64,000 bases of DNA, taken from the NCBI RefSeq assembly GCF_964355755.1, contig NC_092680.1, positions 10,788,001-10,852,000 of the forward strand. The letters run 5' to 3'. Of the stretch, positions 1-12,544 are shown piece by piece. The first letter of the stretch is position 1. Each line of letters begins with the position of its first letter. Source of the stretch: Antedon mediterranea. Taxonomy: Eukaryota > Animalia > Echinodermata. The position numbers were made by a program, and so were the translations under genes. The notes beneath the pieces were generated by a model, which worked only from the letters and a program-made list of their open reading frames with translations, searched no databases and was not told where the DNA came from.

Positions 1-1200
1 ACATGATTTTGTGTTACCTGAATTTACTATATTACTGCTATTATTACTAGAATCATTGTTTCTATTAATTTCATTTAATGTTATGTCATTATCATCAGCA
101 CTCTTCATCTTAGCTACATTTATTACGGCTTCATCTACTTTGCCATTTTTTCAGTGTTCAACAAAATCAGCAAAATTTCGCTTTATGTCCTACTTGTTTA
201 CAAACCCAACACACAACTGCTTTTCCATGTCTGCAAACTCGTCGTACATGTTCACTCTCGCCACAGAAATGACAATTTGCTACAGGCATGCTTTGATGAT
301 CTCTAGTGTGCGTGCTTCCAGTTCTTATATTTTTCTTTGGTGATATTATTGACAGTACATTATTAATACTCTTAACCAAGGCTAATGTACCCCTCAAGTT
401 AAGATGTAAACCATGACTTGTAAACTTTGATGAATACACTCCATATCGTGTAGTGAAAGCTCGGCTGTGATCAATAACAATGTTACCGAAAGAATATTTG
501 AGCATTTCATTTACGTCAAAAACGCGTCTGTTTAATGAAAGATCATCAAGTCTCGGGCAAATCGCTGAGATGAAAACCTCGCCTGTTATCCTCATTTTAA
601 GCCTTGATATCATATCAGTGTAGTCGTTCTTTAGCCTATCCAAGTCAAAGTTGATATCCCAACAGTCATTTGTTCCAGCATGAATGACAACATTTTCTAC
701 ATTGGTCAGATCGATCTCACATAATGTATAGTTAACTTGTTCCACAGTTGCTCCTCTTAATGTTCTCACAGATGTTTCACATAGACCATTTGTCTTAATA
801 TGCTTCAGCATAGAGTCACCTATTATTAGATTTCTTTGTTGATTAGCTGGAATTTGTTTGGCTGGAATCTGTTTAACTGGAATATGTTTAGCTGGAATTT
901 GTTTAGCTGGAAGTTGTTTTGCTGTAATTTGTTCGGCTTTCTTTGTAGGCTTAGGTGATACATTATTATAAGTAATATTTTACAAATTTTCTTCACAGAC
1001 TTTGCCTTCTTCCCTCCTAGTGATACTGAGGCAAGGGTTATTCAAATTAATAGATGTTTGAGTATTTGATTTTACAACTGATCTCTTTGCTGAACATCTT
1101 GGTTGTTTGAAATCCTGTTCACTTACTAGAACCTGTAACGTCTTGACTTGTTCCTCTAATACAGCATTCCTATCAATAATTTCCTTATACGAGGATGAGA
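1..1200 (-). mobile_element. CR1/L2-group LINE fragment (ORF1 region), runs off window start
   Basis: Reverse complement of ~47032-48230. Encodes (PAKQI)n linker, SGNH esterase and CCHC knuckles. Confidence 0.85.
167..811 (-). pseudogene. LINE ORF1: SGNH/GDSL esterase + two CCHC zinc knuckles
   Basis: IIGDS just upstream of the ATG, HAGTND, HGLHLN, then CHFCGESEHVRRVC and CWVCKQVGHKAKFC. Confidence 0.85.
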
Positions 1201-2040
1201 GTTTTAAAACGTTTAAGACCATTTTGAGCATTTCGACAAAACTTTTTCACACAAAACATCAAAGTGTACAAAAAAGCTTCAAATCGCATTTGGAGACGTT
1301 TTAGACCATTTTGTGATTTTCGAAAAAACTTGTTAACACAAAAACACAAAAGTGCTTAGAATAGCTTCAAATCGCATTTGGAGACGTTTTAGACCATTTT
1401 GTGCATTTCAATGAAACTTGGTTACACAAAAACATCAAAGTGCTTAAAATCAAATTAGAAACCGTTTTAGACCATTTTGAGCATTTCGATAAAACTTTTC
1501 ACACAAAAACATCAAAGAGCACAATATAGCTTAATATCGTATTTGAAAACGTTTTAGACCATTTTGAGCATTTCGACAAAACTTTTTCACACAAAACATC
1601 AAAGTGTACAGAATAGCTTCAAATCGCATTGGAGACGTTTTAGACCATTTTGTGATTTTCGAAAAAACTTGTTAACATAAAAACACCAAAGTGCTAAGAA
1701 TAGCTGCTTCAAATCGCATTTGGAGACGTATTAGACCATTTTGTGCGTTTCGATGAAAATTGGTTACACAAAAACATCAAAGTGCTTAAAATCACATTAG
1801 AAACCGTCTTAGACCATTTTGAGCATTTCGATAAAACTTTTCACAAAAAACAACAAAGAGCACAAAATAGCTTAATATCGTATTTAAAAACGTTTTAGAC
1901 CATTTTGAGCATTTCGACAAAACTTTTTCACACAAAACATCAAAATGTACAGAATAGCTTCAAATTGCATTTGGAGACGTTTTAGACCATTTTGTGATTT
2001 TCAAAAAAACTTGTTAACATAAAAACACCAAAGAGCTAAA
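1201..2040 (-). repeat. Satellite A (~88 bp monomer), reverse orientation
   Basis: Repeated gcttcaaatcgcatttggagacgttttagaccatttt. Confidence 0.95.
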
Positions 2041-5000
2041 AACCAAGTTTCATCGAAATGAACAAAATGGTCTAAAACGTCTTCAAATGCGATTTGAAGC
2101 TATTCTAAGCACTTTGGTGTTTTTATGTTAAGTTTTTTCGAAAATCACAAAATAGTCTAAAACGTCTCCAAATGCGATTTGAAACTATTCTAAGCACTTT
2201 GGTGGTGTTTTTATGTTAACAAGTTTTCTCGAAAATCAGAAAATGGTCTAAAACGTCTCCAAATGCGATTTGAAGCTATTCTTAGCACTTTGGTGTTTTT
2301 ATGTTTAACAAGTTTTTTCGAAAATCACAAAATGGTCAAAAACGTCTCCAAATGCGATTTGAAGCTATTTTTAGCACTTTGGAGCTTTTATGTTAACATT
2401 TTTTTTCGGAAATCACAAAATGATCTAAAACGTCTCGTAATCCGATTTGCACTTTGGTGTTTTTATGTTAACAAGTTTTTTCGAAAATAACAAAATGGTC
2501 TAAAACGTCTCCTAATGCGATTTGCAGCTATTCTGTACACTTTGATGGTTTGTGTGAAAAAGTTTTGTCGAAATGCTCAAAATGGTCTAAAACGTTTTAA
2601 AATACCATATTAAAATATTTTGTGCATTTTGATGTTTTTGTGTGAAAAGTTTTATCGAAATGCTAAAAATGGTATAAAACGGTTTCTTATGTGATTCTAA
2701 GCACTTTGATGTTTTAGTGTAACCAAGTTTCATCGAAATGCACAAAATGGTCTAAAACGTTTTCAAATGCGATTTGAAGCTATTCTGTACACTTTGATGT
2801 AAAGTTTTGTAGAAATGCTCAAAATGGTCTAAAACGTTTTTAAATACGATATTAAGCTATTTTGTGCTCTTTGATGTTTTTGTGTGAAAAGTTTTATCGA
2901 AATGCTAAAAATGGTATAAAACGGTTTCTAATGTGATTTTAAGCACTTTGATGTTTTTGTGTAAACAAGTTTCATCGAATTGCACAAAATGGTCTAAAAC
3001 TTCTCCAACTGCGATTTGAAGCTATTCTAAGCACTTTTGTGTTTTTATGTTAACAATTTTTTTCGAAAATCACAAAATGGTCTAAAACGTCTCCAAATGC
3101 GATTTGAAGCTATTCTGTACACTTTGATGTTTTGTGTGAAAAAGTTTTGTCGAAATGCACAAAACATCTCCAAATGAGATTTGAAGCTATTCTAAGCACT
3201 TTTGTGTTTTTATGTTAACAAGTTTTTTCGAAAATCACAAAATGGTCTAAAACTTCTCCAAATGCGATCTGAAGCTATTCTGAGCACTTTGGTGTTTTTA
3301 TGTTAACAAGTTTTTTCGAAAATCACAAAATGGTGTTTTTGTTTGAATAGTTTTATCGAAATGCTCAAAATGGTCTAAAACGTCTCCAAATGCGATTTGA
3401 AGCTATTCTAAGCACTTTGATGGTTTGTGTTAAAAAGTTTTGTCGAAATGCTCAAAATGGTCTAAAACATTTTTAAATACGATTTGAAGCTACTCTGTGT
3501 TTTTGTGTGAAAAGTTGTATTGAAATGCTCAAAATGGTCTAAAACGTCTCCAAATGCGATTTGAAGCTATTCTGTACACTTTGATGTTTTGTGTGAAAAA
3601 AATTTGTCGAAATTCTCAAAATGTCTAAAAGTTTTCAAATACGATATTAAGCTATTTTGTGCACTTTGATGTTTTTGTGTGAAAAGTTTTATCGAAATGT
3701 TCAAAATGGTCTAAAACGGTTTCTAATGTGATTTTAAGCACTTTGATGTTTTTGTGTAAACAAGTTTCATCGAATTGCACAAAATGGTCTAAAACGTCTC
3801 CAACTGCGATTTGAAGCTATTCTAAGCACTTTTGTGTTTTTATGTTAACAATTTTTTTCGAAAATCACAAAATGGTCTAAAACGTCTCCAAATGCGATTT
3901 GAAGCTATTCTGTACACTTTGATGTTTTGTGTGAAAAAGTTTTGTCGAAATGCACAAAACATCTCCAAATGAGATTTGAAGCTATTCTAAGCACTTTTGT
4001 GTTTTTATGTTAACAAGTTTATTTCGAAAATCACAAAATGGTCTAAAACTTCTCAAAATGCGATCTGAAGCTATTCTGAGCACTTTGGTGTTTTTATGTT
4101 AACAAGTTTTTTCGAAAATCACAAAATGGTCTAAAACGTCTCCAAATGCGATTTGAAGCTATTCTGTACACTTTGAAGTTTTGTGTGAAAAAGTTTTGTC
4201 GAAATGCTCAAAATGGTCTAAAACGTTTTTAAACACAATTTGAAGCTACTCTTAGCACTTTGGTGTTTTTATGTTAACAAGTTTTTTGGAAAATCACAAA
4301 GTGGTCTAAAACGTCTCCAAATGCGATTTGAAGCTATTCTTATCACTTTGATGTTTTTATGTTAACAAGTTTTTTTTCGAAAATCACAAAATGGTCTAAA
4401 ACGTCTCCAAATGCGATTTGAAGCTATTCTGTACACTTTGATGTTTAGTGTGAAAAAGTATCATCGAAATGCACAAAATGGTCTAAAACGTCTCCAAATG
4501 CGATTTGAAGCTATTCTTAGCACTTTGGTGTTTTTATGTTAACATGTTTTTTTCGAAAATCACAAAATGGTCTAAAACGTCTCCAAATGCGATTTGAAGA
4601 TATTCTGTAAACTTTGGTGTTTTGTGTGAAAAAGCTTTGTCGAAATGCTCAAAATGGTCTAAAACGTTTTTAATTACGATATAAAGCTATTTTGTGCTCA
4701 TTGATGTTTTTGTGTGAATAGTTTTATCGAAATGCTCAAAATGGTCTAAATGGTTTCTAATGTGATTTTAAGCACTTTGATGTTTTTGTGTAACCAAGTT
4801 TCATCGAAATGAACAAAATGGTCTAAAACGTCTCCAAATGCGATTTGAAGCTATTCTAAGCACTTTGGTGTTTTTATGTTAAAAAGTTTTGTCGAAATGC
4901 TCAAAATGGTCTAAAACATTTTTAAATACGATTTGAAGCTACTCTGTGTTTTTGTGTGAAAAGTTGTATTGAAATGCTCAAAATGGTCTAAAACGTCTCC

Positions 5001-5302
5001 AAATGCGATTTGAAGCTATTCTGTACACTTTGATGTTTTGTGTGAAAAAAATTTGTCGAAATTCTCAAAATGTCTAAAACGTTTTCAAATACGATATTAA
5101 GCTATTTTGTGCACTTTGATGTTTTTGTGAGAAAAGTTTTATCGAAATGTTCAAAATGGTCTAAAACGGTTTCTTATGCTATTTTAAGCACTTTGATGTT
5201 TTTGTGTAACCAAGTTTCATCGAAATGCACAAAATGCTCTAAAACGTCTCCAAATGCGATTTGAAGCTATTCTAAGCACTTTTGTGTTTTTATGTTAACA
5301 AT

Positions 5303-6131
5303 AGAGAGAAATGGTGAACCGCGATGACGTCACTCAAATTTCTCCGAGTGGGTATAAATTGTAAACAAACCATTTCGCCACATGTTTTTGTATGGGAAAT
5401 TCCGATGGGTTGAGTTAAAAAGGTAGTTAGAAAAGAACGTTTAAAACACACATAATAGCAGTATCTTTTTTTTTTGCAACACCCTTAACAACATATTTTA
5501 TTTCAATTTGGATTGAATTAAGACGCGTTTTTGTTATATACTGTACCCAGCTCTACAGGCCCCAGATAGTTTTGCTGATGCTGTGTTGACCTCGAGTAGC
5601 AGGCCTACTCGAGTGAGCCTAGCACGGATTATCGGTTATTATAATAATAATAATAATAATACCTGTATTGGAAATTCTTTATTGCATACTGTACTACTAC
5701 TACTTTAGCTAGGGTGCTGCTAGGCCTCTCCTAGCTAGGTAGTAAGACTAAATAGAGCATCTCTAGTAGACGTAGGCCTAGAGCATTTAGTTTCAGCTTG
5801 ACAACTGCAATTTTGTTATGTGGCTAGTGATGCTTCCTGCCGGGGGGCTACCGCCAGTAATGAATACTTGATAAGACCATTCTACTATAATACTATAGGG
5901 CTAGTCTAACGTAGACCTACAGATAGATATGAGATATTTTTAGGAATATGATTGTGAATGATGGATGACTAAATACACAAATAGAAAAAGAATTATGAGC
6001 GTTACAGCAACAACATTGGTCAGACGACGCCATGATTCACGTGTATAAACATAGGAAATGTGCCGCCCTCAACGGTTTGTTATGATTTTATACCCACTCG
6101 GATTTTAGACGTCGGTTCGCCATTTCTCTCT
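5303..6131. mobile_element. MITE, probably PIF/Harbinger-ISL2EU group
   Basis: TIRs AGAGAGAAATGGTGAACC / GGTTCGCCATTTCTCTCT flanked by AT (5301-02, 6132-33). Empty site ttaacaATtgttttcg at ~7624. Confidence 0.85.
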
Positions 6132-6345
6132 ATTGTTTTCGAAAATCACAAAATGGTCTAAAAGTCTCCAAATGCGATTTGAAGCTATTCTAAGCACTTT
6201 TGTGTTTTTATGTAAACAATTTTTTTGGAAAATCACAAAATGGTCTAAAACGTCTCCAAATGCGATTTGAAGCTATTCTTATCACTTTGATGTTTTTATG
6301 TTGACAAGTTTTTTTCGAAAATCACAAAATGGTCTAAAACGTCTC

Positions 6346-6741
6346 TGTCATATTATTTATGTTGTGATTCTCTGTGTTTAGAGAAGGATGCTTTAGACCA
6401 GGTCCGCCTTATATTATTAGCCAATCAAAATCGTATAATTTTTGGAGGGAAAATGTTATCCTCCTCTGAAGCCTAAAATTTGCATGTCCAGTATAAAAGT
6501 GGAATGTAATAGATATTAAGGAGAAGAGAGAATAAGATCAGAGTAGATAAACGGAAAGATGATAAAGAAAATAAGGCTTGACTGGTAGTAAGGTGTAATA
6601 ATCGAATTACAAGGAATAAAAGTTCTAGTTGAGTTAAATATACTTTTTGTATGAGTTATCATTCAGTGACAGTGTACGTCGCGTGGAGTTATATATATAC
6701 GCCTGAGAAAGCTCGGAACCAACTAAAATAAATTCACTACA
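6346..6741 (+). mobile_element. Solo LTR (396 bp)
   Basis: TG...CA termini, 5-bp TSD GTCTC (6341-45, 6742-46), TATAAAA ~6492, AATAAA ~6615. Confidence 0.9.
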
Positions 6742-7913
6742 GTCTCCAAATGCGATTTGAAGCTATTCTGTACACTTTGATGTTTAGTGTGAAAAAGTAT
6801 CATCGAAATGCACAAAATGGTCTAAAACGTCTCCAAATGCGATTTGAAGCTATTCTTAGCACTTTGGTGTTTTTATGTTAACATGTTTTTTTCGAAAATC
6901 ACAAAATGGTCTAAAACGTCTCCAAATGCGATTTGAAGATATTCTGTAAACTTTGGTGTTTTGTGTGAAAAAGTTTTGTCGAAATGCTCAAAATGGTCTA
7001 AAACGTTTTTAATTACGATATTAAGCTATTTTGTGCTCATTGATGTTTTTGTGTGAATAGTTTTATCGAAATGCTCAAAATGGTCTAAACGGTTTCTAAT
7101 GTAATTTTAAGCGCTTTGATGTTTTTGTGTAACCAAGTTTCATCGAAATGGACAAAATGGTCTAAAACGTGTCCAAATGCGATTTGAAGCTATTCTAAGC
7201 ACTTTGGTGTTTTTATGTTAAAAAGTTTTGTCGAAATGCTCAAAATGGTCGAAAACATTTTTAAATACGATTTGAAGCTACTCTGTGTTTTTGTGTGAAA
7301 AGTTGTATTGAAATGCTCAAAATGGTCTAAAACGTCTCCAAATGCGATTTGAAGCTATTCTGTACACTTTGATGTTTTGTGTGAAAACAATTTGTCGAAA
7401 TTCTCAAAATGTCTAAACGTTTTCAAATACGATATTAAGCTATTTTGTGCACTTTGATGTTTTTGTGTGAAAAGTTTTATCGAAATGGTCTAAAACGGTT
7501 TCTAATGTGATTTTAAGCACTTTGATGTTTTTGTGTAACCAAGTTTCATCGAAATGCACAAAATGCTCTAAAACGTCTCCAAATGCGATATGAAGCTATT
7601 CTAAGCACTTTTGTGTTTTTATGTTAACAATTGTTTTCGAAAATCACAAAATGGTCTAAAAGTCTCCAAATGCGATTTGAAGCTATTCGAAGCACTTTTG
7701 TGTTTTTATGTTAACATTTTTTTTTGAAAATTACAAAATGGTCTAAAAGTCTCCAAATGCGATTTGAAGCTATTCTTAGCACTTTGGTGTTTTTATGTTA
7801 ACAAGTTTTTTCGAAAATCACAAAATGGTGTTTTTGTTTGAATAGTTTTATCGAAATGGTCTAAAACGTCTCCAAATGCGATTTGAAGCTATTCTAAGCA
7901 CTTTGGTGTTTTT

Positions 7914-8726
7914 AGTCGCGTGGAAGCGACTCTATAGTTCACTATGTCGGTCGGTCTGTCTGTCTGTCTGTCTGTCTGTCGGTCTGTCTGTCGGTCTGTC
8001 TGTCGGTCTGTCTGTCTGTCTGTCTGTCGGTCCGGTATCACTATGCGTTTTAATGCTTTATGACCTTATCTTCATATCAGTTTAATCTAGCTAAGTCAAT
8101 TTTTCACAGAATATTCCTTATGGCCAGGAATCGATGTGGTTATGTTTTCACGGTGCGCAATAAAAAATTACGTGGTCTACGCACGATTTAACGAAATCAC
8201 GTTTGTAATCATATCTTAACAACAACCATGAATCACAATTAAATAAAATTTGGTACTCATAAATTTCAGGGCATAAATCATCATAATATGGCAATACAAT
8301 TACGTGCGTAGCGCATGTTACGCATGCGTACGCGCGCTTAAAATTTTCAAAATTTATTTTCGATGAAATAAGAGTACGTTTCAGGCAATTTTAAGCGTTT
8401 ACAAAATTGCCATGAGTGCGCAGATTTTTGCGCACGCACTGCGCGTTAAATATTATTGCGCACTCTTTTTACCCGATTTCTGTTTTCTTGACTTACTTTT
8501 CAACTCGAAATTACAAAAGTGACAGGCTACGCACGTGTAAATTAAAAAAATATAAATGTTTTTAAACATTTCAACATTTTTTAACATGTTCAGTAATTTC
8601 GGTCAGTATAGTTCACTATGTCGGTCGGTCCGTCTGTCTGTCGGTCTGTCTGTCTGTCGGTCTGTTTGTCTGTCGGTCCGGTATCACTATGCATTGTAGC
8701 ACGCGACTTAATGGCTGTTGGCCTTG
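7914..8726 (+). mobile_element. Helentron-associated non-autonomous element (HINE/DINE-1-like), long form
   Basis: Inserted in a T-run. 5' AGTCGCGTG..GCGACT hairpin, (GTCT/GTCG)n microsatellite twice, 3' sub-TIR CACGCGACT, then GGCTGTTGGCCTTG. Confidence 0.75.
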
Positions 8727-8810
8727 TTATGTTAACAAGTTTTTTCGAAAATCACAAAATGGTCTAAAACGTCTCCAAATGCGCTTTGAAACTATTCTGT
8801 ACACTTGATG

Positions 8811-9117
8811 AAAAAATTCCTGTGGTCCCCCGCAGGGAAATTTTCGAAAAATAGCAAAATTTTGACCCTTTTAATTTTTGACATAACTAGTTACTCTGGC
8901 TGTATAAGATGATGTTAGCACAATATATTTGCATAAATGGCAATATTATAGCATAATTTTCGAATTTTAAAAAGTGGAAATTTTGGCCATTTTTCGAAAA
9001 AATTCCTATGGTCCCCCGCAGGGAAATTTTCGCAAAAATTGCCAAATTTCAAACCTTTTATTTTTTGACATAACTAGTTACTATGGCTCTATAAGATGAT
9101 GTTATCACAATATATGT
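8811..9117 (+). repeat. Satellite B (~185 bp monomer)
   Basis: aaaaaattcct(a/g)tggtcccccgcagg at 8811 and 8997. Confidence 0.95.
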
Positions 9118-9386
9118 GCATAAAACACATTTTTCGAGCCTGGGTAGAAAGATGAATTTGTGCCGCAGGAGGGCGGGCTCTACGTCATCACGTGGTGGGC
9201 TGCGGCGGGTAACGTGGGGAATTTGATACATCCGCGTGGTGTATGTGTCCTTTCGCTTTTAGCATCCATCCGGAGTAGACGTGTTTAAAGATTTAAAGAA
9301 TTTTCGTTTTAAAGATTGTACCTGCACAGGTGTTTGTGTCTTTATTTCGCAAGGTTTTTAACAATTGTAAGTAGAAACAATAGTTT

Positions 9387-10478
9387 GTGCACTCATTGTG
9401 TAAGTTTAATTCAAAAAGTTGTTGTTACGAAATTGCCTTCCCGACGTCATGTAGAATAGGTCTTGTTGGACACTCGTTTGTACGCCGGTTGGAATGCTAT
9501 ACCAGCGAACGCGAATTCTTTGCTTTACGCCTAGATGCAAGTTTGTACGATGTCAAGTATTATTCACGCGGAGGTGCAACGGCATACAAATTCCCTGATC
9601 TGCGTAAGGGATGGTCTACGCCGAAAGATATCGTTTACGTTCATCTAGGAGAGAATGACATTGTAAAACGATCTAATGATTTAATTATGAACAAACTCGA
9701 TAATTTAATTGACTATCTTAAATTTGGACTGGAGTGTAAACATATTGTGGTTAGCCAGTTAAAGCGGCACCCCAGTCGGGTAAGCCCTAAATTCAACGAC
9801 TCTGTTGTGGACATTAACCGTCGACTTCAGGCGAATTATGCCGATGATGCATGTGTAACATATTGGCGTCACAGAGGCCTGTGGAACGACTGGTCCCATA
9901 TTCACGCCGATGGCGTACATCTTAACAGAAGTTCTTCAAATGGTCGATCGTCAGGGATGTATCGGTACGCACGTAGCGTCCGACAAGCTATTCTACACGC
10001 AGAAAAAATTGTAAGGCCAGTAGTTTTAATTTCAATTTATATAAAGAGGTTCAGAACCTCCACATATTTTGCCTTCGGGCTAGAATTTTGGCCTTCGGGA
10101 CTAATGTTTGTCTTCGGGCCCTGTGTTTGCCTTTCGGGCACTATGTTGGCCTTCGGGCCTTATGTTTGCCTTCGGGCTTTATGTTTGCCTTCGGGCCTTG
10201 TGTTTGCCCTCGGGCCTTATGTTTGCCTTCGGGCCTTATGTTTGCCTTCGGGCCTTATGTTTGCCTTTGGGCCTTATGCTTGCCTTCGGGCATTACGCTT
10301 GCCTTCGGGCCTTATGCTTGCCTTCGGGCCTTATGCTTGCCCTTGGGCCTTATGCTTGCCCTTGGGCCTTATGCTTTCCCTTGGGCCTTATGCTTTCCCT
10401 TGGGCCTTATGCTTGCCCTTGGGCCTTATGCTTGCCCTCGGGCCTTATGCTTGCCCTCGGGCCTTATGCTTGCCCTAG
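9387..10478 (+). CDS. SGNH hydrolase ORF of the YR retrotransposon, running into a 19-aa repeat tail (start codon uncertain, GTG)
   Basis: LVGHSFV, SRGG, VHLGEND, DGVHLN. Confidence 0.75.
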   Translation: MHSLCKFNSKSCCYEIAFPTSCRIGLVGHSFVRRLECYTSEREFFALRLDASLYDVKYYSRGGATAYKFPDLRKGWSTPKDIVYVHLGENDIVKRSNDLIMNKLDNLIDYLKFGLECKHIVVSQLKRHPSRVSPKFNDSVVDINRRLQANYADDACVTYWRHRGLWNDWSHIHADGVHLNRSSSNGRSSGMYRYARSVRQAILHAEKIVRPVVLISIYIKRFRTSTYFAFGLEFWPSGLMFVFGPCVCLSGTMLAFGPYVCLRALCLPSGLVFALGPYVCLRALCLPSGLMFAFGPYACLRALRLPSGLMLAFGPYACPWALCLPLGLMLSLGPYAFPWALCLPLGLMLALGPYACPRALCLP

Positions 10479-10552
10479 GGCCTTATGCTTGCCCTCGGGC
10501 CTTATGCTTGCCCTCGGGCCTTATGCTTGCCTTTGGGCCTAATGTTTGCCTT
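10069..10552 (+). repeat. 19-bp minisatellite (gggccttatgcttgccctc-like)
   Basis: About 25 tandem units with a gradient of variants. Confidence 0.95.
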
Positions 10553-10745
10553 GTGGCATTCGGGCTTTGGACACATCCTCTTGTTCTCAGTCCGGTGAAT
10601 TTCCGGCGGACCATGGATATAGCACATACTATGGAAACCGGACGATTGTTACAAATGTAACTCCGCTTTTCAGTAGTCAATGTGCAAACCATGTTTTTCA
10701 TTTCTAACCATCAGAGGTGTTTCTTTGATTTCTATACACGTATAA

Positions 10746-11032
10746 TGCCGAAAGCTCCAAGAGGCCGTACAGCGTCGACTGCGGTCCCCAAAACCACTAG
10801 GAAGAAGGCAACGGCGAGCAAAGAGACCCCACCACTAGACTACGCCAAACTGGCGGCTGAAGTTGCGAAGGTATTGAAGGCGGGCGAGGCAACTGGCCCC
10901 ATGACACCAGGCGGCAGTCCTCTAACATCTCAAGCCGCCACCACATCCTTGACTGTGGATAATGCCACACAGGCTCAGCCATTGGACGCGTCTGTAAACG
11001 ATCTCTTTGAAGGTGAGCCGTCTCGGGCCGAG
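10746..11032 (+). pseudogene. gag N-terminus; the rest is deleted
   Basis: MPKAPRGR...GEPSRA matches copy 2. About 730 bp present at ~39358-40090 is missing here. Confidence 0.75.
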
Positions 11033-11148
11033 ACCGTTTCCTCTGTTTAAAGCCCTCGGTTTCGGGCATCACCCGCAACCATCCAAGTGTCCTCGATCAC
11101 CCGATACAGATAGAAGAATTTATTTATAATGGCTTACGACTCGGTAGA

Positions 11149-12504
11149 TTGGCTGGCCCTTTCGAGTCCCCTCCGTTTGATAAATTTATCTCCTCGCCAT
11201 TGGGTGTTGTTCCCAAAGCTGAATTAGGCAAATATCGCATTATCCAGGACCTGTCGTACCCCCGGGGGGCTTTGGTCAACTCAGGGATTCCACATGATGT
11301 TTCACAGGTTTCCTACGACACAATCGATGATGTAGTTAGATTAGTATTAAAAAATGGACCTAGGGCATTAATGTCTAAGACCGACATAGAAGACGCCTTC
11401 AGAATTATCCCTATTCACCCAGATGATTACCATTTGCTGGGGTTTTCTTGGAACGGCAGGTTCTTTTATGACCGGTGTCTGCCTATGGGCGCCAGTCGTT
11501 CATGCAATATTTTCGAATCATTTAGTAAAGCGTTAGTATGGATACTGCGTAATAAATTTAATGTAAGGGATGTATCCCATATTCTGGATGATTCTTTCTT
11601 CGTCGGCCCTAAAGATTCTAATGACTGCCACAACGCACTGTCTCAATTTTTATATCTTTGCGACAAGATCGGGGTTCCTATAAAGGCGTCTAAGACTGTA
11701 ACTCCGACTAATGTCATTACAATATACGGGATTGAGGTGGACACAGTCTTGATGGAATGTCGCCTCCCGTTACCTAAGATTGAAAAAACTGTAACAAAAA
11801 TAACTGAATTTTTAAATAGAAAAAAAGTCACACTGCGCGATATGCAATCAATGGTTGGCCTGCTTAATTACGCATGTAGTGTGGTTGTGCCGGGTAGGGC
11901 GTTTTTACGCCGTATGATAAACCTCCTGTCATTAGCTAAACATCCATCTCATTTCATTCGCTTAACTCATGGAGTTAAGGACGATTTGCGGATATGGCTA
12001 ACATTCCTTGAATCTTTTAATGGAAAAGCCCTTATCCTTCCTGAAAAATGGCAAAATTCTTCGACACTGCGCTTATTCTCCGATGCAGCTGCGTCTTTTG
12101 GTTGCGCCGCAGTATTTTGCGACAGATGGTTTTACATCGACTGGGGGTCTGACTTTGTAGGTTTTTCGATCGCTGTTTTGGAGTTATTTCCAATTTTTAT
12201 TGCCCTAGAAATATGGGGGCATAAGCTCGCTAATCGCCGCATTTTGTTTCGTTGTGATAATTCAGCTGTTGTGGCTGTTATCAATAAGAAATCTGCTAAA
12301 GACAAAACGCTTATGCGTCTTATTCGGCGGTTAGTACTTATATGCCTCCAGTATAACATACAATTCCGTGCAATGCATATTCCTGGAGTATATAACGTGT
12401 TGGCGGATCTTTTATCAAGGAAAAAATTTACAGCGGCTCTAGAATCCTTTCCTTCTATCAGTCGAAATCCAATTCATGTTCCGTCCTACCACATTTATAT
12501 TTAA
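11149..12504 (+). CDS. DIRS/Ngaro reverse transcriptase + RNase H (N-terminally truncated)
   Basis: SPLGVVPK, KYRIIQDLS, KTDIEDAFR, LPMG, HILDD, FSDAA, RCDNSAVV, HIPGVYNVLADLLSR. Confidence 0.92.
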   Translation: MAGPFESPPFDKFISSPLGVVPKAELGKYRIIQDLSYPRGALVNSGIPHDVSQVSYDTIDDVVRLVLKNGPRALMSKTDIEDAFRIIPIHPDDYHLLGFSWNGRFFYDRCLPMGASRSCNIFESFSKALVWILRNKFNVRDVSHILDDSFFVGPKDSNDCHNALSQFLYLCDKIGVPIKASKTVTPTNVITIYGIEVDTVLMECRLPLPKIEKTVTKITEFLNRKKVTLRDMQSMVGLLNYACSVVVPGRAFLRRMINLLSLAKHPSHFIRLTHGVKDDLRIWLTFLESFNGKALILPEKWQNSSTLRLFSDAAASFGCAAVFCDRWFYIDWGSDFVGFSIAVLELFPIFIALEIWGHKLANRRILFRCDNSAVVAVINKKSAKDKTLMRLIRRLVLICLQYNIQFRAMHIPGVYNVLADLLSRKKFTAALESFPSISRNPIHVPSYHIYI

Positions 12505-12544
12505 TTTATTCCTATTTACAAGTGTTGTGTGTTCTGCAAACAAC

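Larger units (their letters stand above)
2041..8810 (+). repeat. Satellite A array with higher-order variants, interrupted by three insertions
   Basis: aaaatggtctaaaacgtctccaaatgcgatttgaagctattc recurs every ~87-88 bp (3781 to 3869). Block ~4300-5300 recurs at ~6230-7630. Confidence 0.95.

Noticed and set aside
2263-8085. Short ORFs in satellite A and the HINE
   Set aside because: Chance translations of repeats.
8811-9000. CENP-B box in the satellites
   Set aside because: TTCG is present but I did not see the full TTCG....A..CGGG pattern.
10069-10552. CRISPR-like array
   Set aside because: Contiguous tandem units with no unique spacers, no cas genes, eukaryotic context.
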